A stretch of DNA of 64,000 bases, taken from positions 62,001 to 126,000 of the forward strand of contig JAQGDQ010000602.1 of NCBI GenBank assembly GCA_030141605.1, in the 5' to 3' direction. Below the pieces are notes generated by a model. It was given only the letters and a program-made list of their open reading frames with translations, was not told the DNA's origin and made no database searches. This stretch comes from Tubiluchus corallicola. Taxonomy: Eukaryota; Animalia; Priapulida. A program made the translations under genes and the position numbers. The number at the start of each line of letters is the position of its first letter. Position 1 is the stretch's first letter. Positions 23,557 to 36,100 of this stretch are shown here, piece after piece.

Positions 23557-26500
23557 GTTTAATTTGTTAACTTGCGAGTGAAGCTGTGGAATGAGTGAGA
23601 ACTGAACATTTGATGTGTATGAAAGATTTCAAATGCGTGTGACACATGTGTAATGAGAGTTGACAGGTCTGCGTTTTGGAGTAAGAATGTTGTTAACTAA
23701 ACTGCAGAAATGGGGGTTAAAATTTTTAGGTCGGACAGATACTTATAACTACCTCAGAAGGTACTACAAAAATCTGTGTAATGGTGATAATATATCTACT
23801 AGTTCTTGTCTGTTGATGAATATGGACATAATTGAAACTATTGATTTTGTGATATGCGATATCTTTTTTTGTTATTTAGTAGACTGCTGTATATTTGATA
23901 AGAGCAATTAGTATTTCAAATTAAGTTATTAGACGCAAGAAGATAGTTTTGTGATGTTTTATATTTGTGTCATTGTTTAAAATATTTACAGCCGCATATT
24001 TTTTGGTTTCATAGATAAATTAATATATTGCCTTATATATGTATACGAAAACTTACTATTATGTATGTTGTAATACTATTGTAGTAAAAGGTAATTCTGT
24101 ATTGTTAAATATAATTTATTATAGTCGGGGCAGAAAGAAGCAAAGTGTGATTATTATTTGACTATCGAAACATTTGAAGTACTTGCAGCTTAACATTTTT
24201 TCTACTTTTTACTCATGCCTTTTTAAGTTTTTATTTCCATTTAAATGTTATTTTTACAGCAAAGTGTGTCTGTTTGTTTTTTGTGCGTGTGTAACATTCT
24301 ACATGCTGTATTTTACTATTTTACACTTCTTAACGTCGACTTTTTTTAACATCAGATTTCTCATTCATTATTTTAAACATTAATTAACTTCAATGATGCT
24401 GTTAAGTAAAATAATCCTGATATCCATAGTTTACATTACAATTGACATGTTATTGTTTTCACACTTGTCGAGTGCGTGGTGTAATACACTTTATTTGTAA
24501 ATAAAGATTATGTTTGTCTACTACCTATCTATATAGTATATATACTTCAATTTATGATAGTGTCACGAAGACGGATTTTGACCAACCCCTTAATGTCAGT
24601 AATACAACTGTACTTGTATAGCAGAATGCATGCCGTAATTTGACGATTCCTACCTGACATTTCTGTCTGTACGGGTGAATGATGTATGCTTGCTAATTCT
24701 TATACATAAGTCTGTTCACATATCCTTCTTTTAGTAAAGAGAATCTGTTAAATGTCAGATAATTATGCTAAGAAGAGTATTCATGAAGCCAAACCAAATA
24801 AGGAAATTTAAGGCGCGGTGTCACGTGACGATGAACTGACCCATTTGTCAGACTGCGCACGCATGCTGGCAGGGATGCCGTGAGACCAGCTCGCAGCAGA
24901 GCTTTGGTTAGACTCCTCACTCATGAGCAGGACGTCTCGTAGATCAGGGGCTTTGGCATTTCTATACCTTTATTATATTGTGATGTTACTTAATAAAAGT
25001 GTTATTTCCTAATCCAAGTTTTATAGCTTTGCCATTACTCAAACGTTCATAAACAGCTACACACATCGCTCACATACATACTACCACTATACAAACAACC
25101 TAATAATTTTACTCTTTTTGAAGATTTGGCGCTACTGATTATGCTGTAAAGTTTATTTTATACTCGTATTCTGGATCTTTCAACTTTTCTCGTCTGCTGT
25201 AATATTTCATAGCTTGTATGCCGCTTTATACCTCCCGAGACAGATCTGCGCTGGACACCGCACTCGTTACAACATAATGCCAATCTGAATATATAAAAGT
25301 GTAGTATCCATCTTGAATTTAAAGATAGTACCATGCATTTTTACAAAAGCACTATTGTCTTTGTAAGCAAATAGCCAGACATGCCCAATTAAGCACTACA
25401 TCCACGTTTTAATGCCAAAGAAGACACCTAGATGCAAGCAAGTAAGTGCAAAAGATAACATCCAAAATTCAGAGTTAAAGAGAAGGATTTGGGTTGTGGC
25501 ATTTTCGCCGTCAGCTGCCACGTGGCCAGTTCTATTAATGCTGCAGGTTTCACACTCAAAACACGTAACAAATGAGTACGTACCAGCATAAAAAACATTG
25601 TTTTGATAAAAGTATAAAATGGTAAGATGTACATATGCAGTAGAAAATTTAATTCTTCTGCCATGACCCGATGTCAGTGTCTATTAGTACTCACTCTCTT
25701 CTTTGCCTAATGTTTCTAATAACCATTTTTTTGTTGTCACAATAATAAGGCAAAATAATAATTCTGTTATGTGAACTGAAGGAAACACAAGTATTTGTGT
25801 GATTAAATCCTCACTGAATACCTTTTTGTGCAATTCTACAGCTGCAAGCCATCATCCAACACTTCAAACCAAGACCTACTAGTTACGTTAGTATTGTGGA
25901 CGTACCAGAATCTAGCTAATTATCTGGGATAAATCTCTAAGATGAAACAATTAATTGGTGGAGGTGTTCAGAAGTGTACACAAGCTTCCTGTACGAGGTA
26001 AATAGGCAAATGTAATTGCGTCATGCAAAACAATGGCAGACTTATCCTGATGACCAGCCCTCGATTTAGTATACCGTTTCAACATTGCTTAAATTCGGTT
26101 GCTAACCCCTCACCACTATAATTCAGCTATTCCTCTCACTTTAGCACCGGGATGTGTCCAGAAACCCATTTCAATATATGTTATTCTGTTAATTTGATAG
26201 TGTATGTGTGGGTTAATTTGTAAAAATATCCTATAGCCTTTACTTCTGAATCGGAAGGACCAGCTGTATTAAATAACGGATCAATACTCAATTTTCCTTC
26301 TAAATTCATGGTTACATTGTGGTTAAAGTACTATTTCTCACTTGATGCGTTGAAAGATTTATATAGTCTTACCTCTTGTTGCGCTGGGCCGCGCAGTAAT
26401 TTTCATCAATTTTGAAATACCCTGGTTATGGTCCCAGGTGACCTCATGGATTACTGTTCGTATAATACGATCTGCATATAAATCGAGAAGCACTAAAAGG

Positions 26501-26889
26501 CCCTCTGGCGTGATTAGGCACAAGTTTTCTGAAAGTTGTAAATCTGTACAGAATTTTCTTTGCATTGACTTCAACCCTATTTCATTAAATTAGTTAGCCG
26601 AAAGTTTAGCTCTTTTTAATGACAATGCGACTGAAGCTAACAAATCCAACTTAATCCATCACGGATGTTAATCAGTTAATCAGCATTGAAGTTGCCGAAT
26701 GAACATTTTTCCGATATTTGCATAATTATTCAATGTTAAGGTTATTTGACAAGAACAGTAGCCAGAGTTGAGTAGCTAATATGACACTAAAGTAAATTGT
26801 ATCCTAATATCCTATACATGTAGTTTCAAACGCAGGTTTTATCCTATTTCCTAGATAGAATATTAGATCAAATATTAACTAGATCTAAA

Positions 26890-28260
26890 GAAATTAAATA
26901 CCTCGGTATGTTCATTGATGATAACTTAACATGGTCTACACAAATAAAACACATAACCTACAAAATTAGCAAAATCAAGGGCATAATTGCGAGGATAAGA
27001 CTCTACATAAATACAGATGTACTAAAACTAATATACCATGCTTTGGTTTATTCTTATCTTCACTATGGGATTCTTGCCTGGGGCACTGCATCTTCAAATA
27101 CTTTAAAACCGATACAAACTCATCAGAACATTATAGTTAAGCTGATGACATTTTCTGGTAGACGGGAACATGCAACGCCATCCTACATTAAATTGGGCCT
27201 CTTAAAACTGAATGATATCTACAAACTCGAGCTTGCAAAACTTGTAAACAAATTTAAGAATAACTTACTACCAAAATTGTTTCTAAATTACTATAAGCCA
27301 GCATCTGACATTCACAGTTACAACACTAGGTTTTCTACTAGCAGTTCTTTCTTCATCGAACGATATAAGGTGCAAACTCACCTTTTATAATGCTATATGT
27401 CCAATAATGAACATGCTTCTTATATTACAGGCAGAGAGATAGCACCACAGGTGGATTCACAGGTAGCAAAATGGACAGGCATTTGATTTGGCACAGAAAC
27501 AGTTGTGAAGTATTTTCAATGAGTTGCTTAGTAGTTCATAAATTTGTCACTTAGCTATGCCTTACCAGCTGTACTTACTTTATTGCTTGCATGTTCAGCT
27601 ATGCACTGCCTGCATGATGTCCAATTTGCTTTATTAGCTTGATTGCTAATACAGACACTTGATTATTTATTGTGCATTTATATATTTTTTGCCTTTTCTT
27701 AGTACTGCTTAAAAACTTAAAATATTGCTTATTTGTTAAATCAGACAGTTATTTGTTTTCTGCTGTTATGATAATTAAATCTTGATGACAAATTTGTTAT
27801 TTTTCAAATACAAAATTTTTTTGATTAATGTATTGCAATTGTCAGGACAATTTATTTTGCTTTTTTACCTTTTTTCTTTCTTTTTGCTATTTGAAATTTT
27901 ATCTTGCAAATGTTGTTTTTCTGAACATTAAAATATTCTCTTTTCTCTTTTGTGTTTTGAACCATATATAATTATGTTTTATGTTTGACTATATTTAGGA
28001 ACCACTTTTTGTTTTTGTTTTTTCTTGTTGTTGCTGTATTTTTGTTTTTTTGTTTTTATGGACGTTTATGTATTTTTTAATAGTTGTGTTCTGCTGTCAT
28101 TAGCGTCTTTTTGTTTACTGTCTTTCTGAGAAGGGTGGTTGACTCGATAACCTTTGGTTTTTCGCCACCCTTTCTCCCATGTTCGTTTGTATTTTTGTGT
28201 ATTTTATTGTCAAATTATTGTAAATTTATGGAGAAAAATAAAAAATTACTGACTTACTAT
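26890..28260 (+). mobile_element. 5'-truncated CR1/L2-group LINE (RT C-terminus plus AT-rich 3' UTR)
   Basis: KYLGMFIDDNLTW..QI...ISK..GI...LKLIYHALVYSYLHYGILAWG...H.YNTR; terminal hairpin AGGGTGG..CCACCCT near 28132-28171 and AATAAA at 28237. Right boundary approximate. Confidence 0.8.
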
Positions 28261-30120
28261 TTCCATTCTCCACATTTCTTATATGGATATTTCCACATAA
28301 TAATTTTTGTAATTAAAAAGCACATCACGCTGCAAAACTTGTTTCATATTTATAAAATCTTCGGATTTAAATTTTAAACATTAAAGTTTAATTTAACCGG
28401 CTAAGACTTTAGCTAATTACTAGGTGCCATATATTGGCACTTCTAGTCAGTAGAAGTTTAGTATAAGTTTGTATTCGCCAATATTTACTTAATTGCAGTA
28501 TCAAAATAAATGTCTTATAAGTGCTAAGGAAATAAAGTAATTAATGTTAAATGTTTAATAATCGTAAACCATATACATTTTGGAACTCGCTGTCGTCCGT
28601 CTTTGTCTGTCGCTCTCTCCCTCCCTCCCCCCTCTCTCTCTCTCTCTCTCTCACTCTCGTCTCTTTTCTTTTTAATACGATTTTGCTTCTTTTTCAGAAC
28701 TGATTCTTCTAAAGAAGCATTTCAGGTAGTGGAACTTGAATGTGGTTCTTGGGAGTTGGAAGCTCCCAAACATTTTCTAATATAATATTTTTTGTAATTT
28801 TTCTAAGTATAATATGTGGTCATTTAAAGCATACTTGTATTCCGTTTTTAAATCAAAGTGTTAAGTCAACACTATGCAATATAGTCACAAAAAAATTAGT
28901 ATGATTAATACATATATTACATAAATAAACAAACACATTATTAGATTTAAAACTCCAAACACGTGCCTACCATAGACTTTGTTTTTTACAAGCTATGTAC
29001 AATTATGTGAAATGACTTTACAACACTATAAACTCTTACATATTTATAAGTACTTTGTACAATTTTAAGTACACAGGCATATATTACTAGCTTAGCAATT
29101 CAATTACCTAAAACAGTATGGTATAGAAATTAGTTAAATTACATGGTATTTTATAATTCCACGATGACTCGGCAGTTCGAATGACAATCAATTTTGTGAA
29201 TATTATTGTTGCCTACTGAAAACGGAATGGCATATGATGAAGAACATCTCTCATTTTTACAACAGGTTAGTAATTACTGATACAGATAAGTTGCTTAAGA
29301 TTAAAAACAATAGATGCATTGCATCAGCTCATACAACATTGTGCTTCTTTGAAGTAGCATTGTGATTTTTTCAATAACGCATTGTAAACTTTAAAATTTC
29401 TAAATTTTTTTGTTCAATCATCGTACGAAAGAAACCATGGTATAGTTATACCTGACCATTTTTCCGACACCCTCATTCTACATCGCCACGTAGGCCAATA
29501 CGCCTAATATCCAGGCCTTGAAAGCTAGCCGACCAATCAGAAACGAGTTCCGGGTGAAGTGACCTCAGTATTACAGCGACGAAGCTTTCACGTTTGTTCA
29601 AACTTGGGCATAATATTGTCATGCATAAAATTGTTGCTAAACGTATTTTCGCTTGAAAAATACAAGTCATGTTGAAACGAAACGAATTTCATCTTCTTCT
29701 GCCTAATTACATATTTAAGGAAGCTTAACAGAAAAATGGCTTCATTTAATGGTAACTTCATCAAAAATAATGCTACTCTTGACTAAAGATGGCAGCACAA
29801 GATTGGAATATAAAATCAATACATCAATATTATCAATCATTAGGTAAACAATTCGTGATACCGTTAAGATTAATACTTAAAGTGAAAAATAATTAGTAGC
29901 AGTAATCTGCTAGATGGGGGACGCTCAACAACTTCTATAGTACTTAAACAGTTCTTTTTGTACAAAATTTCTCAGCAAAATTCATCGGCGTTAAAAAGTA
30001 ATCAATGAGTAATCAATTAGCGAGCAAAATAATCAACAGGTAATCAATTAAAACAGCAAATAAATGTTACTTATGACGGATTAAGCAAGCGGCGGAGTTT
30101 GCCAAAAAGCTCAAACCATA

Positions 30121-33100
30121 TTAACAAAAGAATCCACGTGCATCTGCTCCATATAATATATAATCCTCGCGGGTTTTCCACGCAAATTGCGGAACACCAC
30201 GAATATAGCTAGCACCGATGACAACGTCCGACCTAGCGGACAGACTGTTGGCGTTACTGACGTTGATGAAGTCCGCATCTTCCGGACACAGCGAACGGAG
30301 GTCGAACAGTAGGCGGTTTGCAAAGCCTCTTAGCTGAGTGTTTCCACCTGAAAATAAGATAATGGTTACACAAATAGTCCATTCTGCTCACGTTTGATGA
30401 CATTAAATTCTTTACCTGTTCATGACTATGAAACCTTGCCAGAAAGTCAACTCTCCTGAATCAAGATCTGAATCTAAAGATGTCAAATTAAGAAAACGGT
30501 GCTAAATGAATAAATTTAGCAATGAGATAATGAGGTAAAATCAAGCACCACTGAACTACCTATTCACAGGTAACTTAGGAAGCTGGCGTTGCCACATAGA
30601 TGCTGAGGTTTCTCGCAAACATGAACACGTATTCTTTCTTCCGTATCCGATTAAACGTTTATGAAAATGCAACCAATGTCTCATAAGTAATGATGACTTT
30701 TCTTCGCGATGTAATAATGACACTTAATGTTTAGATGATACGACACAGTAACTTATTTTTAACGAAATAACGATACAGAGCTGCACGTGTGCAACTTCTG
30801 CATGATTTGCAATTAGTACACGTGCCAAAATTCAACATCGTGGATGGCACTGTAACATTGAAAAAGTTGTTCTAATGCGGCAGCAACATTGTGTAACAAA
30901 TATATGAACGAATGACAAGATTAAGGAAAGATTCAGGTGCTAATTTTTTTTCAAAAATATATGAGCAGAAAAAGGGAAACAAAAAATAAAGGAGCAGAAA
31001 AGAGAAGAAAACAAAAAATATGGGAGCAGAAAAAGAGAAAGAAACAAAAATATTGGAGCAGAAAAAGTGGAGGAAATAAAAATATTGGAGCAGAAAAAGA
31101 GGAGGAAACAAAAATATGGGAGCAGAAAATTGACGAGGAAACAAAAAATATGTGAGTAGAAAAAGAGAAAGAAACAAAAAATATGGGAGCGCAAAAAGTA
31201 AAGAAACAAAAAACCCTAGTCACAGTCAACCAGTCACGGTCACAGTCATGGTCAACCAATACACAGTTACCTGTTAGTGTAACATTTGACAAGAGATCAC
31301 GTTTGATTAATGGATAATAAGCAACCGCATCCAGTATCATTTGAGGTAACCCCAGCGTCTGATACATGCTCTCCGGTGCCATGTAAAGCTCGGTAGAAAG
31401 AGAGACTCCGTGTAGCTCTGATGATTCCCCTCCACGGCTTTCAACGTTCTTATCCTGAGATTTCCTAAGAATTTTCAAAGTCAAAACTGTAGATCATGGT
31501 AGGAGAGTAACAACATTTGGCTCCTTGTTAACATGTAATAAGAACAGTTGTGCAATGTGGTTGATGCAGTTACATGACATCTCTACGTCCTAATGCCCAT
31601 CATTAAAGGCAAAAATACTAATAAAATATAAGTAGATGTGCAAACGTCTAACTAGAAGTGTTTCAACAATTCACTCGTATTGACTCAAGCAACAGGAAAA
31701 AATACAATATAGCAGAGATTTAGGAAACACTTACATGACTGACTATACATACACATAGTTTTAGATTAATGTAAGATGCTTAAACGGCTGATTGTATGTG
31801 TATATAGTGTTTAACTTTGTGTGAGACACTTACATGGCTCAACAGATATATAGCATTTAAAGTTTGTGTGATACACTTACATGGCTGATTGTATGTATAG
31901 TGTTTTAGGTTCGTGTGAGACACTTACGTGGTTCATTATACATACATGCAGTTTCATTTATGCAAAATGCTTACAAAATCTGATCGTAGATGTATATAGT
32001 GTTTAGCTTTGTGTGAGACGTTTACATGGCTGAACGTGTGTATAGCATTAAAAGTTTATATGAGACATTTACATGGCTGATTATCTGTATAGTGTTCTAA
32101 GTTAGTGTAAAACACTTACGGGGTTTATTATACATACATGCAGTTTTAGATTTATTTTAGATGCTTACATCGCTGATCGTACACGTATATAGCGTTTAGC
32201 TTTGTGTGAGACATTTACATGGCTGAACGTGTATATAGCGTTTAAAGTTTGTAAGAGACACTTACATGGCTGATCGTACATATACTGTTTTAGCTTTGTG
32301 TGAGACATTTACATGGCTAAATGCGTATATAGCGTTTAAAGTTTGTAAGAGACACTTACATGGCTGATCGTACATATACTGTTTTAGCTTTGTGTGAGAC
32401 ATTTACATGGCTGAACGTGTATATGGCATTTAAAGTTTGTAAGAGACACTTACATGGCTGATCGTACATATACTGTTTTAGCTTTGCGTGAGACATTTAC
32501 ATGGCTGAACGTGTGTATAGTGTTTAAAGTTTGTAAGAGACACTTACATGGCTGATCGTACATATACTGTTTTAGCTTTGCGTGAGAAATTTACATGGCT
32601 GAACGCGTGTATAGCGTTTAAAGTTTGTAAGAGACACTTACATGGCTGATCGTACATATACTGTTTTAGGTTTGTGTGACTTAGATTCTTCTCGTGTGAT
32701 ATTGTATGCCAAATAGCACTCTGACTTGACCCTTTTAGCATCCAGACTGCCTACCGTTACCTGTGAAAGCAAGTACATCATGTTTCACGAAATATTACAA
32801 ACAAAATCAAATAGTTTATTGCATATGTTTTGTTCAGCAAGGTACACATCACGACAACAACTAACAACAACTGTACCATAAATTCACTCACTATGGACGT
32901 TACAGAAACGAAATTTTCATTTCGGTATGACGATAATTGCACTTTCGGTTGAGTTTCGTCTTCGTCGACAATTATTAGGTTGCGTAGCCAAAACTTTTGT
33001 AGCAGTTTTTCAAAATTTTAGTCATATTTACCCAGATTACCTTTTCTTTTCTCCTAGATGTTAAAAATCGCTGAAAAATTTTGACTAAAATAATTCAGAT

Positions 33101-36100
33101 AAAGTTTAACTATCGATCATTTAACTTTTTCTTCCATTTGTATCATGCTTTCTACGGCAATGCGGGACATCTTCAGTACTGATGACTCCAGGCATAATTA
33201 ACGGAAATATAAATGCATAATTTAAATAAAACTAAGCTTAATTTCATAATGTACGAAGATATAGGTAACTGAATATTTACAAAATAAAATTTGTCAATTT
33301 TTTTGAAGCTTTATAATATTTAATCGTACACACTGTTCAATTTTTCAGGTTAGGACTTAGCTTAGCTATTAGCCAAGCTTGTATCAGAGCAAATATAAAC
33401 AACAAAGTATTTTACTTATTTCAGATTTTGTTTCAGTTTTGATAATAGTTGTTTTTTGCAATAATAATTTCGGTTCGGTTTCGTTTCTGTATGTTTCTTA
33501 TGTTTCATAAATTTCGGTTTGTAGTTTCAGTTTGATTAACATCCGTGACACTCACTACTGAACTTCTGCTGTGATCAACAATGGCAAAAATCAATGCTTA
33601 TTCAATTCAATCACATATATGCATAAACAGTTACATGCCTTCTCTAGGCGATTACTAGTCTCGATGCACTGTGCCAGATACTGAGCCACGTAGTAACCGC
33701 CCACTGGCTTATGTTGAACCGTCTCCGGATTCAGGGCGTGCTTTACAATAGGAGCTACGACGGTGTGAAAAGCTCCACTGTCCACGACTAAGCAGGTTTC
33801 TCTACCGGCGTACAGCGATATTGCACGGGGTTTCTCTATGAGACACACCCTAAAATGAACTACACTTTAGTAAATTATATAAGAGTCGTACAGTAGTAAC
33901 ACATTAATGCTCCAGGTCACAAAAACACGTCATCGCAAACGTTGCGGAATGTGACGTGAAAGAAGTTTGTCTTCTTAATGGGAAGGAGAAGCTTCCTGGG
34001 ATGTTAGGCCTATTTTAATGCTCCTAAAAACGTTAAAAGAATTTAGTAATAAAAGTGTGATAAACGCTTCGTGTCATTAGTAAAATCACTTTAAAATAGC
34101 TAGGACTCCTGGGATGTTAGGCCTGTTTTAATGCTAGTGAAAAAAGTTAGAAGAATTTAATAATAAAAGTGTGATAAACGCTTCATGTAATTAGTAAAAT
34201 TACTTTAAAATAGCTAGGACGCTCCCATTTTCAATGCCCATTCTTCCATCAATGATGTCATTCACTGGCTGTTGGTGTCAATTGCTCTTAAGATTATAAG
34301 TTTTTAAAAAAATTAGATGGCCACTTTTGTGATATTAAACGTTAGATAACTTGCAGGAATTTGAAATAGTTTAAACAGCACGTCAGGGCCGGAACTAGAT
34401 GTGGCAAGCAGGGGGGGGGGCGCAAAAATTTTCAGGGAGGGTGAGGTATCCGAAGTGGTTAAATAATGGTTAAGCCAATTTTTAACCTCTTTTATACTGC
34501 ATGCAGGCCTATAATTAGCATGTGTGTAGGATGGCGTAGCGGACAGAGCAATAATGAGAAAACTAACTCTCAGTTAACCTAACTTTATTAATGTGCCTCT
34601 AACTAAATTGTTATTTACAGAAATTTATGACACACAAGTTTTAAGAAAATAATACACTGAAGCTCTTATGAAAAGTCACAAAGCCCACCAGTGCATGGCG
34701 GCCGCCATTTCGCCGGGAAATTTCTATACAACGGCAGTGTAAATTAACTTCATGCTTAATAAAACAGTTTCTTTGCAAATTTATTTGTTATATTTTTCTA
34801 AATTTAAGTGATAGCAGTAAAATAAATCCAACACACTGAGTGACTTGTTTTTTCCTTTAGCAAACCACAAACAGTTTACGTGATAACAGTAGAATAAACC
34901 CAACATACTAACTGACTTGTTCTTTCCTTTAGCAAACCACAAACAGTTTAAGTGATAACAGTAAAATAAACCCAGCATACTGAGTGACTTGTTCTTTCCT
35001 TTAGCACACCACAAACAGTTTAAATGATGACAGTAAAATAAATCCAACACACTGAGTGACTTGTTCTTTCCTTTAGCACACCACAAACAGTTTACGTGAT
35101 AACAGTAGAATAAACCCAGCACACTGAGTGACTTGTTCTTTCCTTTAGCACAGCACAAACAATTTAAGTGATGACAGTAAAATAAACCCAACATACTGAG
35201 TGACTTGTTCTTTCCTTTAAAGTTAATTCAAACAATTTTTTTGCAAGTTTAAGTTTTTCATACATACTATTAAACTAGATCATCTACAAAGCTCCATGGA
35301 ATCTTTGGCTTATGAAGAAAATCAGTCTTACTTTTGGTCTCAACACCAGACTACTATACGATGTTCAAATGCTCAGTCATATAATATAGGTCAACATGTA
35401 ATCTGTTTTTTTTTCATTTAATTGCAAATTACTTTATAGGAAGTTTGGGGGTTGAGCTTTGCTTCCATCATGATTTTGTGTTTTTGGCTAGCGTTGCTAC
35501 GGATACACATTTTTGACATACAGCGAACACCGCATATCATCAAATATTTTCTCAAATTAAATTCCGGATTTGGATTACAACAGAATGAGTTAGCTAAATT
35601 TGAATTGAATTTTGCATCAGTTCGGATAATGAAAATAGTAAATGTTTGCAAACTTTAGCGTTTTCATTTAGACTTAACTGATCCTAGCTAACACACTTTA
35701 GAAGCTTTTGAACAAAATGTGAAAGTAGAATAAATAAATATCTCAACAAAAAACAAAATAATATAAATATACATCAACTTTGATGTTGCTACAATTATAA
35801 ATTTATTTGTAATTCAACTCAGTGAGTTTGGCAGTTATGGAAAATCTTTAGCTACTCTAAATGATCGTATGTTATGCGCTACCATGTGAAGATACACCAT
35901 ATTACCACATGCAAACGGAAAGAAACTGTGCGTAGATTTTCGTGAAACACAAACGTAGCCTAAAATGATCTCCGAGTTTTTTGGTACTATTTTATTTATT
36001 AATTTTTGACTGTTGAATTACCGTTTACAATAACACATTATGAAAACTGGATAGCAAACAATTGCAAATATCGAGGTTTTGAAACTACCAAATAATATCC

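Noticed and set aside
23245-23581. Periodic ORFs in the 57-bp repeat (also 34781-35194 and 43310-43561)
   Set aside because: Artefacts of stop-free repeat units whose length is a multiple of 3.
24561-25040. Possible solo LTR (TG start, AATAAA, CA end)
   Set aside because: No matching TSD, PBS/PPT or second copy in the window.
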